In this document: positions 19,150 to 28,465 of the stretch, in pieces | Numbering within the stretch: position 1 is the first letter of the stretch | Layout of the letters: every line of letters begins with the position of its first letter | Assembly: GCA_044378215.1 (NCBI GenBank) | Contig: JBILXR010000001.1 | Coordinates: 1 to 53,400, forward strand | Direction: 5' to 3' | DNA from: Opitutales bacterium | GTDB taxonomy: Bacteria; Verrucomicrobiota; Verrucomicrobiia; Opitutales; UBA953 | Length of the DNA: 53,400 nt | The notes under the pieces: generated by a model | Database searches by the model: none | What the model saw: only the letters and a program-made list of their open reading frames with translations | Told to the model about the DNA's origin: nothing | Program-made: the position numbers and the translations under genes

Positions 19150-20553
19150 ATGAAAAAAGTCGCCCTTACCGAGCTCGATCCCCGGCTCCAGAAACAGATC
19201 ACTGCCGCAGACCAGCAACTTAAGACCAACCCCCAGTACGCGGTCGAAGTCCTCTCCGGTATCCTCGTCCGTAATCCCGGCTGCGTCGAGGTACGCCGCA
19301 GCCTCCGCAAGGCCCAGAAAGCGATGCTCGGCACCAAGAAAGGCCTCTTTGACGGACTGACCAGCGCCCTGACCGCCGGCAAGATCGCCAAGGCCGTCGA
19401 AGCCGATCCCGTCGCCGCCATCGCCGCCGCCGAAGAAGTCCTCGCCAAGAAACCGACCGACGCCAACGCCACCAAGACCCTCGCCCTCGCCGGCTTGAAG
19501 CTCGGCTTCCATGAACTCGCCGCTTTCGCTTACGAGGAACTCGCCAGCAACGAACCGAGTCAGGTCCAACATTTCGTCGACCTCGCCAACGCTTGGATAG
19601 CCGGAGGAGAATACGACCAGTCCCTCGCCGCCGCCGACCGCGGCCTCAAGCTCTTCCCCGGCAACGGAGACCTCCAGGAAGTCGTCCGCAAGGCCTCCGT
19701 CAGCAAGACGATGAAGAAGGGCAACTGGGAGGACAAAGGTGACTTCCAGTCCAAGCTCAAGGACAAGGACGAAGCCCTGCGCCTCGACCAGGCCTCGCGC
19801 GCCGTCACGGACTCCGCCACCGCCCTCGCCCAAGCCGGCGAACTGGCCCAGAAGATCCAGGAAGCCCCGGACAGTCTCGATCTTTACCGCGAGATCGTGC
19901 GCATGCTCCTCATCGCCGAAGACCTCGACAGTGCCATCGCCTGGTTGCAGCGCGGACGCCTGACGACCCAGGGCAAGGCCGACACCTCGCTCGAGCGTCA
20001 GGAAAGCGACCTGATCATCCGACGCTACGAACGCATCTCCAAGCAGCTGCGCGAAGCCATCGCGGCCAGCCCCACCGAGGCGGCCAGCAAGGACGCCCTC
20101 GCCAAGAATGAGACCGAACTCGCCGACTTCCGACTCAAGACCTCCATCACGCTCGTCGAACGCTATCCGAACGACTTCTCTTACCGACACGAGCTTGGCA
20201 CGCTCCTGCTCGCCGCCAACCGCCTCGATGAGGCCGTCCAGCAGCTCCAGTACGCGCAGCGCAACCCGAAGTTCCGCCAACCGGCCCTCCTCGCGATCGG
20301 CCGGGCCTTCTCGCAGGGCGGCAAGTTCGACCTCGCGGTCGAGCAGCTCACGACCGCCAAGAGCGAAGTCCAGCTCATGAACGACCTGAAGAAGGAGATC
20401 ATCTACGCCCTCGGCGACACCTTCGAGAAGATGGGCAAGGCCAAGGAAGCCGTCGACGAATACAAGATCATCTACATGGCCGACTCGGGGTACCGCGACG
20501 TCGCCAAGAAGATCAACGACTTCTACGAACGCCAGAAGGGCGCCACGGCCTGA
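19150..20553 (+). CDS. TPR-repeat protein
   Basis: Helical-repeat composition with several TPR-like units (for example LGTLLLAANRLDEAVQQLQYAQRNPK). The start could be 19123 or 19150. Confidence 0.7.
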   Translation: MKKVALTELDPRLQKQITAADQQLKTNPQYAVEVLSGILVRNPGCVEVRRSLRKAQKAMLGTKKGLFDGLTSALTAGKIAKAVEADPVAAIAAAEEVLAKKPTDANATKTLALAGLKLGFHELAAFAYEELASNEPSQVQHFVDLANAWIAGGEYDQSLAAADRGLKLFPGNGDLQEVVRKASVSKTMKKGNWEDKGDFQSKLKDKDEALRLDQASRAVTDSATALAQAGELAQKIQEAPDSLDLYREIVRMLLIAEDLDSAIAWLQRGRLTTQGKADTSLERQESDLIIRRYERISKQLREAIAASPTEAASKDALAKNETELADFRLKTSITLVERYPNDFSYRHELGTLLLAANRLDEAVQQLQYAQRNPKFRQPALLAIGRAFSQGGKFDLAVEQLTTAKSEVQLMNDLKKEIIYALGDTFEKMGKAKEAVDEYKIIYMADSGYRDVAKKINDFYERQKGATA

Positions 20554-20616
20554 AGCCCTCCGCCGCCTTTCCTCACTTGCGGACGGCCCAGCACGTCCGC
20601 CTCCCTTTTCCTGCCC

Positions 20617-22164
20617 ATGGCACTCACCTCCTTTAAGAGCAACCTCATCGCCGACGTCGGCATCAGCATGGGAGACGAAGGCAAGGGCCGGCTCATCCCT
20701 GAGATCGTCCGCGAACTGCAGACCCTGACGGGCCGGCGCGACGTCGTCGGCACCGTCCTCAAGGTCAACGGAGGCGCCAACTCTGGCCACACCGTCGCCG
20801 GCCTGAAGCTCAACCTGCTGCCGGGCGGCGTCGCCGAGCATGACGTGGCCTGCTTGGCTCTCGGCGCCGGCGTGGTCGCCGACCCACGCAAGGCGCTCTG
20901 GGAAGCCCTGCCCCTCGAGAAAATCGGCATCCCGGTGCTCAACCGTCTGCTCATCGACGAACGCTGCATGATCAGCGACGTCTCGCATCGCATCCTCGAC
21001 CTGGCCTGGGAAGACTACCGTATCAACGTCCTCGGCCACGAGGCCCGCGGTTCCACCGGCCGCGGCATCACGCCGGCCTACGCCGACGAAGTCGGCCAGT
21101 TCCAGATCCATTACTCGGAGTTCCTCGGAGCGAAGGCAGACTACGCCACCCGCCTCTCGGCCCGCCTCAACCGCGCGAGCTCGATCGTGCGCGACGTGTG
21201 CAAGCTCTCGCCCGAGAAGTGGGCCGGACTCTTCGCCAAGCTGACCGAAGCCGAACTGCGCGCCAACAAGGGCGCGATCGAGTCCGGCGTCTTCCAAGCC
21301 GCAGAATTCGACTTCACCCGTTTCGCCGGCAAGGAACCGTTCGCGTTCGACCACGCCGCGGTGCTTGACTGCTACTGGCAGGCCGGCTCCGCCCTCGCGC
21401 ACGCGATCGGTGACGTCCGCGAACGTATCCTCGGCGACCTCGCCGCCGACCGTCGCATCATCGGCGAATTCGGCCAGGCCTACTGGCTCGACAAGCGCGC
21501 GGGCTTCGCCCCGAACGTCACGGCCTCCCACACTTACACGCCGGAATTCTTCCAGTCCGCCGGCATCCCGGTCCAGGCGATCCACACGGTCGGCTGCTGC
21601 AAGGCCTACGACACGAAGGTCGGCACGCACGTCTTCCTGACGAAGATGCCGGAAGAACACCCGCTGCAGCGCGCCCTCGCGAAGCTGGAATTCGGCACGA
21701 GCACCGGCCGCCAGCGCATGGTCGGTTGGTCCGACCTGGTCGAGAAGGCCGACGCCCTCCGCTACGGCGGCTACGACGACATCGTCCTCAACAAGCTCGA
21801 CGCCCTCTCGCCCCACGGCGAATGGAAGGGCGGCGACCTGCTCGTCTGCACGGGCTACCACGACGCGTCCGGCAAGGTCGTCTCCGGCGTCCCCCGCAAT
21901 GACGCGGTGCGCCGCACACTCCAGCCGATCTACGCCACCCTGTCCGGCTGGACGGCTGACATCACGAACGTCCGCTCCTACGCCCAGCTGCCCGCCGAAG
22001 CCCGCCGTTACGTGGCCTTCACGATGGCCGAGATCGTCCGCCTGGCCTCGCGCGGCGGTTCCCTGCCTTATCTCCCGAACCTCCGCTACATTGGCGTCGG
22101 TCCGGACCCCGACCAGATCATCTCCGACGTCCCCGCGACGGCCGAGCTGATCAAGCAGGCCTGA
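20617..22164 (+). CDS. purA: Adenylosuccinate synthetase-like protein (long, divergent)
   Basis: PurA motifs are present but divergent: [43 protein letters not shown]. 515 aa, versus about 430 typical. Confidence 0.75.
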   Translation: MALTSFKSNLIADVGISMGDEGKGRLIPEIVRELQTLTGRRDVVGTVLKVNGGANSGHTVAGLKLNLLPGGVAEHDVACLALGAGVVADPRKALWEALPLEKIGIPVLNRLLIDERCMISDVSHRILDLAWEDYRINVLGHEARGSTGRGITPAYADEVGQFQIHYSEFLGAKADYATRLSARLNRASSIVRDVCKLSPEKWAGLFAKLTEAELRANKGAIESGVFQAAEFDFTRFAGKEPFAFDHAAVLDCYWQAGSALAHAIGDVRERILGDLAADRRIIGEFGQAYWLDKRAGFAPNVTASHTYTPEFFQSAGIPVQAIHTVGCCKAYDTKVGTHVFLTKMPEEHPLQRALAKLEFGTSTGRQRMVGWSDLVEKADALRYGGYDDIVLNKLDALSPHGEWKGGDLLVCTGYHDASGKVVSGVPRNDAVRRTLQPIYATLSGWTADITNVRSYAQLPAEARRYVAFTMAEIVRLASRGGSLPYLPNLRYIGVGPDPDQIISDVPATAELIKQA

Positions 22165-22185
22165 CGACCCTCCGCCGCCGCGCCG

Positions 22186-22524
22186 ATGGCCGACCTGGAA
22201 CATAACTTCGCCCTCCCGCTGTGGTCGCTCGTCGACCAGGCCAAGGTCGAGGCGGGCAAGTCCGACATGCGCGGGCTGGCCAAGGAACTCGGCAAGTGGC
22301 TGGCCCATAATTTCGACGTCGACCACAAAGGCGTGGCGATCGAGGAGCCTTCCGGCACCGAACCCGGCGCGATGCCGATGTTCGTCGTCGCCGGCGTGCG
22401 CCAGGACCAGTGGCACGTGATGGTCGCGCTCGCCCAGAGCCGCGACAGCGCGCTCTTCGTGGTGCTCCCGACGGAAAGCGGCGCCTTCCGGCTCCAGCAG
22501 CTGAACGTGCCGAAGCCGGAGTGA
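22186..22524 (+). CDS. Hypothetical protein (112 aa)
   Basis: ORF only, with codon usage similar to its neighbours. No recognisable motif. Confidence 0.4.
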   Translation: MADLEHNFALPLWSLVDQAKVEAGKSDMRGLAKELGKWLAHNFDVDHKGVAIEEPSGTEPGAMPMFVVAGVRQDQWHVMVALAQSRDSALFVVLPTESGAFRLQQLNVPKPE

Positions 22525-23394
22525 TCAGGCCGCGAACGCCTTGACGGTCTCGAGGTGGAGCTCGGCGACCTGCTGCAGGGTCAGTCCGCCCCACTTGTAG
22601 CCGCCGGCGAGGGCGAAGATGTGCGGGATCTTCCGGGCCCGGGCCCACTGGACGACACGCCGCTCACGCTTCAGGATCATCTCCTTGGTGATGCCCTTCA
22701 TGCCGCCGGCTTTCTCATAGGTGTCCATGCCGGCGTTGTAGATCAGGAAGTCCACCCGTTCCAAGGCGTTCAGAGCCTCCTCGACGTGGTCGAGGTAGCG
22801 CTTAGGCTGCTCGACCTCGACGTAGAAGTGGCGATCGCGGTCCGTCGGCTCCCAGGAATCGAAGGAGTTGACGGTGACATCGGCGAGATACACCTGCGGG
22901 TGATTGCCGAGGATATCAAAGGTCCCCCCGCCGGCATGCGCGTCGAGGTCGAGGATGCCGACGGTCTTGACCTTCTTGAGCGCCTCGAGTGCGGCCAGGG
23001 CCAACCCATTGAACTGGCAGAAGCCGTTACCGGAATCACGGCGGGCATGATGCAGGCCGCTCGAGAGACTGCCGGAACGTCCGCTCTTCAAGGCTTCCTT
23101 CACGGCGTCGCGCATCCCGCCCGTCGAGGCGAGGATGCTGTCCACCAACGGCTGCGACCAAGGTCCGACCTCCAGGAAGGCGCCTTTGTCCTCGAACGTG
23201 CTCCGGACGTGTTCGGACGTGTGGATCAGTTCAAGCTCCTTGCGCGTGGCGAGCTTCGGAGCCTCTAGGCAGACCTCCCCGGCCTCGCCGGCTTCGATCA
23301 GGCCGGCGACGAGCTTGGACTTGCTGACCGTCTCCATCTTACCGTCGACGGCGTAAACGGGACTATAATAGACGGTCAAAGGAGAGTTAGGCAT
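22525..23394 (-). CDS. Histone deacetylase-family (arginase/deacetylase fold) amidohydrolase
   Basis: GLHHARRDSGNGFCQFN, DLDAHAGGGT, YNAGMD and AGGY motifs. I prefer the start at 23394 (MPNSPLTVYY) because the longer ORF to 23568 would overlap the divergent PARG gene. Confidence 0.8.
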   Translation of the reverse strand: MPNSPLTVYYSPVYAVDGKMETVSKSKLVAGLIEAGEAGEVCLEAPKLATRKELELIHTSEHVRSTFEDKGAFLEVGPWSQPLVDSILASTGGMRDAVKEALKSGRSGSLSSGLHHARRDSGNGFCQFNGLALAALEALKKVKTVGILDLDAHAGGGTFDILGNHPQVYLADVTVNSFDSWEPTDRDRHFYVEVEQPKRYLDHVEEALNALERVDFLIYNAGMDTYEKAGGMKGITKEMILKRERRVVQWARARKIPHIFALAGGYKWGGLTLQQVAELHLETVKAFAA

Positions 23395-23455
23395 ACGTAG
23401 GTTATGCCAGCGACTGACCTCTCCGTCAAATGGCTGCCCTGTCATAGGTTGCGGA

Positions 23456-24346
23456 TTGGCTTCAGGCGTCCGCGGGTCCATGCTCACCCGCACGCCGCCC
23501 ATGCCCTTCGACCCCAAGATTCCACGAGAATTCGCTAATAAAATGGGCCGGGAGGCCATGCAGATCATCGAGCTGGGCCTTTACGCCTCGCCCACCAGCC
23601 GGCAAGTCGACGTCGCGGCCGATATCGCCTCAGCCGTCGCCCGGACCACGCACCTCCCGCCGGACCACCGCCACACCTTCCCCCGGACCGGCGACCACGC
23701 CACCGTCATCGAAGTGACCGAGGCGACTTCCCTTTCGGTCGCCCGACGCCATCACCACGCCGGACTCCGCTCAGTCGTACTCAACTTCGCCTCACCGACC
23801 GTGCCCGGCGGCGGCTTCCTCGCCGGCGAACGCGCGCAGGAAGAATACCACTGCCGCTCCACGGCCCTCTTCGCCTGCCAGGCCGGCGGGCCGATGTACG
23901 CGTTCCACCTTCACCAGGCCAACGCGCTCCGCTCCGACGCGATGATCTATTCGCCCGACGTGCCGGTCTTCCGCGACGACGACCATCATCTGCTCGAGGA
24001 CCCCTTCAAGGTCGCGTTCATCTCCGCTGCCGCCTGCGATGCCCGCGACGTGGCTCCGCTCGACCAGCCGAAGATCGCCGGCGCGATGGGCGCCCGCATC
24101 GTCAAGGTCCTCGCCGCCGCCCAAGCCAACGGACACGACGCGCTGGTGCTCGGCGCCTGGGGCTGCGGCAACTTCGCCAACGATCCGGCCCTCATCGCCG
24201 ACCTCTTCCGCCAGACCCTGCAAGGGCCGTTCAAGGGAGCCTTCCGTCGGGTGAGTTTCGCGGTCATCGATAGCTCGCCCGAACGCCGCTGCCTGAGCCA
24301 GTTCCAGCTGGCCCTCGGACAGAAGACCTCGCCGCTCCACAACTGA
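23456..24346 (+). CDS. Bacterial-type poly(ADP-ribose) glycohydrolase-like macrodomain protein (TIGR02452/DUF2263-like)
   Basis: PARG signature GGG-X7-QEE (PGGGFLAGERAQEE, 23807-23842). VLNFAS and LVLGAWGCGNF motifs. The start is uncertain (23456, 23480 or 23501). Confidence 0.8.
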   Translation: MASGVRGSMLTRTPPMPFDPKIPREFANKMGREAMQIIELGLYASPTSRQVDVAADIASAVARTTHLPPDHRHTFPRTGDHATVIEVTEATSLSVARRHHHAGLRSVVLNFASPTVPGGGFLAGERAQEEYHCRSTALFACQAGGPMYAFHLHQANALRSDAMIYSPDVPVFRDDDHHLLEDPFKVAFISAAACDARDVAPLDQPKIAGAMGARIVKVLAAAQANGHDALVLGAWGCGNFANDPALIADLFRQTLQGPFKGAFRRVSFAVIDSSPERRCLSQFQLALGQKTSPLHN

Positions 24347-24354
24347 GCGTTAGC

Positions 24355-25197
24355 TCACTTGAGGCGGGAGAGGATCGACTCACCGACCTTGGCGCCCAGA
24401 AAATCGTAACCGGCGCCAGTGTAGTGGACGTCGAGCGGGGGCTGGAATTCCTTCAGCCGGGGCGTCATCGCGCCGAATAAGTCGTCGGTGGGGATGCCGT
24501 GCTTCTTCATGACCTCAGCGGCCAGGGCGTTCTTCTCGACGACCGACTGCGCGGTCTGTTTCTGCGCAGGATTATCAGGGATGGGCGTGGTGCTGGCCCA
24601 AATGAGCTTCGCCCCGGTCTTTTCCAGGCGGGTGACGATTTCTTCGAGTCGCTTCACGTAGTCGGCAGCCGGCGTGGCGCGGTCATGGATGCCGAAATTG
24701 AAGTGGATGACGTCCCACTTCCCTGCGCCAAGCCAGACATCGAGATGCTTGAGCCCGGAGGCGGTCGGACCACAGTTGGCCGGGGCGCGGTGGACGTTGG
24801 CCTTACCGGCGAGAGCCACCCGCGTCGGCTGGGTGTAACCGCGGGAGACCGAGTCACCGATCAGCAAAACCCGCGGTAGCTTGGGATCGTCCTGCACGAA
24901 GTCCCAGGCGTTGGACTTGCTCGCGACCTTGTCGCGCTTGTGCAGAGGCAGGTAGAAATTGCCGAGCTGAGACTGCAGGACCTTCTCCCAGGCTTGGGCC
25001 TCCGGCGAAAGCACCGCCACCCATGCCTGATACTTCTCATCGACGACCTTGTCCTGCGCCGCCTTCTTGGCGGCCGCCTGCGCGGCGGCCTCCTTGGCGT
25101 TGGTGGGCTCACCCTTGGGCGGCTCAGCGGCGAGCAAGTTGCAGGTCAGACAGAAGAGCGCGAGGTAAGGCTTCATGGCGGGGCTGGTCCGACGCAA
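24355..25197 (-). CDS. Secreted SGNH/GDSL-family hydrolase
   Basis: Signal-peptide-like N-terminus (alternative start 25176, MKPYLALF). LLIGDSVS block I and FNFGIHD. Confidence 0.8.
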   Translation of the reverse strand: MRRTSPAMKPYLALFCLTCNLLAAEPPKGEPTNAKEAAAQAAAKKAAQDKVVDEKYQAWVAVLSPEAQAWEKVLQSQLGNFYLPLHKRDKVASKSNAWDFVQDDPKLPRVLLIGDSVSRGYTQPTRVALAGKANVHRAPANCGPTASGLKHLDVWLGAGKWDVIHFNFGIHDRATPAADYVKRLEEIVTRLEKTGAKLIWASTTPIPDNPAQKQTAQSVVEKNALAAEVMKKHGIPTDDLFGAMTPRLKEFQPPLDVHYTGAGYDFLGAKVGESILSRLK

Positions 25198-25216
25198 TCA
25201 ACCTTCCCCCCGACCT

Positions 25217-25939
25217 TCAAGCCGTCACTGCCTCGACCGCCTGCCTAAGGAGACGACGGCGGGCCGCCTGGCTGCGCGCCGCGGCCGCGACGGAGCCGGC
25301 CTGCAAGACGGCGACGCCTCCGGGGCCATTGGCTCCCCGGACGAAATCGGCATCCTCTTCGGCCCAGAGCGCGGCCATCGGTCCGTCGACCTCCGGGTGG
25401 AACTGCATGCCGACCGAGTGCCCAAGGCGGAACATCTGCACGGAACAGACCTTCGTCGAGGCAAGCAAGGTGGCGCCTGGTGGCAGCTCACAGGCCTCGC
25501 CATGCCAGTGCAGCACCTCGATGCTCGCGGGCAGGCCGCGGGTGATCGCATCCGTCCCATGGAAATCCAGCCGACCCCAGCCGACCTCGCGGACTGGGGA
25601 GCCTGAAGGGGACGACATCGGCGCCACCTTCGCCCCCGCCGCGTGCGCGAGCAGCTGCATACCGAGGCAGACACCCAAGTTCGGCCAGCCTCTGGCGAGG
25701 CGTTCGCGCAGGAGCGCGACCTCCGCGGCCAACCATGGCATCGCGGGATCACCCAGGTCCGCCACGCCCATCGGGCCGCCCATGACGACGAGGATGTCTT
25801 CGGGACCGAGATCCGCGGGCAGCGGCTCGCCCCGAAAGACTTCCCTGGATTCAAGCGCGTACCCGGCGGCGGAGAGGACCTCGCCCAGCATGCCCGGCCC
25901 TTCGTGCGGGACATGGGTGACACAGACGGCGCGCAGCAT
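25217..25939 (-). CDS. Class I glutamine amidotransferase-like protein
   Basis: GVCLGMQLL nucleophile elbow and MQFHPE motif. Confidence 0.85.
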   Translation of the reverse strand: MLRAVCVTHVPHEGPGMLGEVLSAAGYALESREVFRGEPLPADLGPEDILVVMGGPMGVADLGDPAMPWLAAEVALLRERLARGWPNLGVCLGMQLLAHAAGAKVAPMSSPSGSPVREVGWGRLDFHGTDAITRGLPASIEVLHWHGEACELPPGATLLASTKVCSVQMFRLGHSVGMQFHPEVDGPMAALWAEEDADFVRGANGPGGVAVLQAGSVAAAARSQAARRRLLRQAVEAVTA

Positions 25940-26024
25940 CGTGGGGACGGATATTCCCGCGCGAATCCGTCATGGCAAGCCGACGGCGCCCGCGCTGTGT
26001 TTTTGCCGACTTTCCGACAGGCTC

Positions 26025-26873
26025 TCAGCGAGTCACGCCGCTCAGCGGGTGCTCCGACACCGCCTTCCAGGCGATGGACTGCAGCAGGCGGTTGAGCCTC
26101 TCAGCCTCCGGAAGCTTAGTCAGGGGGCTGACGACCGGCAGACCCGCCGGATCACGCCGATACATGACAGCGAAGTGACAATAGGCCGACAGCGCCCGGA
26201 TCTGTGGTCCGGGATGACCGAGCACATCGGTGAAGAGCTCGCTCTGGCGGCTCACGCCAGGAGCTTCGCCGGCGATGACCTTGGCGCGCAAGGCCAGCAC
26301 CGCCTCGCCGCAAGGCACGACGGCGATGCGCGCGCCGGGGATCCGTCCGTTGAGCTCCTTCACGTGTCCGTCGATCATCTGGAAATACGGCGCATGGATC
26401 GCACGTAATTGTTCGACGGTCTTACCGTCGCGGCCGACCGACTTCGGCTTGGTCCGGCTCAGCCAGATGGCGGGATCTTCGTAAGGCACCCAGTTCTGCT
26501 GTAAGGTGAAGCGTACGTCGGCCCGATGCTCCAGCCCCAGCTTGACGAAATTCTCGATGCCGGGATCCGGCAGGAACGTCGGCGCCATGGTGAAGAGCTC
26601 GGCCTGACCGGCGACCAGCAACGGCTTGGCCTTGTTCTTCTCCGGCGGCAGCTCCCAGTGCTGGATCACCTTCGAGCCGCCGATGGAGGAGACCGCCAAC
26701 TGTTCGTGACCGTGGATGCCCGCCGCCTTGGCCATCTCCGCGACGAGCGGAGGCATCCAGACATGGAAGCTATGGCCCGCCGAGAGTACCTTGAGGCCTT
26801 TGGGTGAGGCCTCCTGAGCCGTCAGCCCGACGGCTGCAAGGACGAGCAGGAGCAGACCACGAAGAAGGCTCAT
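26025..26873 (-). CDS. Secreted hypothetical protein, SGNH-fold-like
   Basis: The internal ATG at 26873 gives the signal peptide MSLLRGLLLLVLAAVGLTA. The C-terminal GHPGPQIRALSAYCHF resembles the HPxxxGxYL block of the 35082-35843 protein. Confidence 0.55.
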   Translation of the reverse strand: MSLLRGLLLLVLAAVGLTAQEASPKGLKVLSAGHSFHVWMPPLVAEMAKAAGIHGHEQLAVSSIGGSKVIQHWELPPEKNKAKPLLVAGQAELFTMAPTFLPDPGIENFVKLGLEHRADVRFTLQQNWVPYEDPAIWLSRTKPKSVGRDGKTVEQLRAIHAPYFQMIDGHVKELNGRIPGARIAVVPCGEAVLALRAKVIAGEAPGVSRQSELFTDVLGHPGPQIRALSAYCHFAVMYRRDPAGLPVVSPLTKLPEAERLNRLLQSIAWKAVSEHPLSGVTR

Positions 26874-26881
26874 CGTCAGGC

Positions 26882-28369
26882 TTACTTGCCGGAACGATAC
26901 GGACCGGCCGGGAGCGCGTCGGCGCCGGCGGAGAAGACGCTGACTTCGGGGAAGTTGGCCCAAGCGTAACGGACTTCCTTCGGAGCCTTCACGCCCGTGA
27001 CGGTCACGGTGGCGCCGTCGGCCTTGGCCTGCGCGAAGACCCACTTGTCATCCGCGCCGAGGAGGCCGAAGCCCTTGCCGTCATTCTTGAGGACGACCGG
27101 GCGATCGTAAGTGAGCACGAAGGCGTCGCCTTGACGCTCGGCCTTCACCACGCGCGGAGCCTCGCCGACCGGGCGGGTCTTGTAGACGCGATGCAGGGCG
27201 ACATAAGCGAGGCGCTCGCCGACAGGCAGCTTGTCCTTCGGGTGGATGTCCTTCTCTTCGCCGAGGTCGATATTCACGGACTGCATCGCTCCGGGGACAT
27301 TATCGGCGATCCATTCCATCGATTCACGGAGACGCGACCAGGAGGCATCAACCTCCACGGCGAGTTCCGGCTTGCGGGCCTGGAAGCGAGGCAGCTGCAC
27401 GATGATGAAAGGGAATTCTTTGCCCCAGGCCTTGTGCCAGGACTTGATCATGGATCCCAGCACCCACTTGTAGGCCTCAGGCTGGCTGGCGTTGGATTCG
27501 CCCTGATACCAGATGACGCCGCGAAAGCTGTGGCCGATCCAAGGGTGCACCATGCCGTTCCAATTCATGTGCGGTCCGTTGCTCCAGACCGGACCGAGCT
27601 TGCCGGCGTCCTGCTTGAGCTTCGCGAGGACCTTCGCGTCCTTTTCGACCGCGATGCGGGCCTGCAGCTTCTTAAGGTTCTCCGCGCGTGCCACCATGCC
27701 GGCGGCCTCCTTGGCGTCGAAGTCCTTGGCGTCCGCGACGTCGGCATACATGCCCTTCGGACCCCAGGCCTCGGCGCGCGTACCGCCGATGGAAGAGACG
27801 ATGAGACCGACGGGCTGCTTGAGATTGGCCCGGAGTTCGCGACCGAAATAGAAAGCGGAGGCGGAGAAACCCGGCACGGTCTTCGGATCGGCCAGCACCC
27901 ACGCGCCGCCCTTGATATCCTCGACGGGCTCGGCGGAGGGAATCCGCCCGACGGTGAACATGCGGATACCGGCGTCGGCCGGACGGCTCACCGCATCCTT
28001 CAGCGCATGCGTCGCATTGACGGTCCAGTCCATGTTGGACTGACCGGAACCGACCCAGACTTCGCCGACAATGACATCCTTCGCCACGAACTTCTCGTCG
28101 CCCGCGGCGATCACGAGATCGGCACCCTGCTCGGTGGGCTTGAGACCCTTGAGCGAGGTGCGGAAGACACCATCGGCGCCTGCGACAGCCTCGGCCTTGG
28201 CTTCGCCGAGCGCGACGGACACCTTGGCGCCGGGTCGGGCCTTGCCATAGACGGCGGACTCGCCGGCCTGGAGCACGGCGTAGTCGGAGAAGAGACGGTT
28301 CAGCTTGAGCTCTCCGGCCGTAACGAGCGCGGAGCAGCAAAGCACGAGGAATGCGAGGCGGGGTAGCAT
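26882..28369 (-). CDS. Sialate O-acetylesterase-like (SASA/DUF303) carbohydrate esterase
   Basis: The internal ATG at 28369 gives the signal peptide MLPRLAFLVLCCSALV. GSGQSNM catalytic block and WYQGESN block. The upstream 290 codons of the track ORF are low-complexity and overlap the divergent gene. Confidence 0.8.
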   Translation of the reverse strand: MLPRLAFLVLCCSALVTAGELKLNRLFSDYAVLQAGESAVYGKARPGAKVSVALGEAKAEAVAGADGVFRTSLKGLKPTEQGADLVIAAGDEKFVAKDVIVGEVWVGSGQSNMDWTVNATHALKDAVSRPADAGIRMFTVGRIPSAEPVEDIKGGAWVLADPKTVPGFSASAFYFGRELRANLKQPVGLIVSSIGGTRAEAWGPKGMYADVADAKDFDAKEAAGMVARAENLKKLQARIAVEKDAKVLAKLKQDAGKLGPVWSNGPHMNWNGMVHPWIGHSFRGVIWYQGESNASQPEAYKWVLGSMIKSWHKAWGKEFPFIIVQLPRFQARKPELAVEVDASWSRLRESMEWIADNVPGAMQSVNIDLGEEKDIHPKDKLPVGERLAYVALHRVYKTRPVGEAPRVVKAERQGDAFVLTYDRPVVLKNDGKGFGLLGADDKWVFAQAKADGATVTVTGVKAPKEVRYAWANFPEVSVFSAGADALPAGPYRSGK

Positions 28370-28465
28370 GGAGACAGGACACGCCAAGGCCGGAAGGTTG
28401 CCAAGTCCTAAGGACGGCCCACGATAGACGAAACTCCTCCCACGCCCCGCTGTTATATCGATACC

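Noticed and set aside
19117-22416. 1099-aa minus-strand ORF spanning the TPR and purA genes. Similar giant antisense ORFs occur at 591-2345, 2598-3974, 4154-5620, 7110-8558, 10103-11938, 12134-13330, 26804-28366, 29861-31357, 35887-37215 and 43629-44597.
   Set aside because: Their translations are low-complexity Gly/Arg/Ala/Asp/Glu/Val strings without motifs, and they lie exactly opposite ORFs with strong family signatures. This is the classic stop-codon-poor shadow frame of high-GC DNA.
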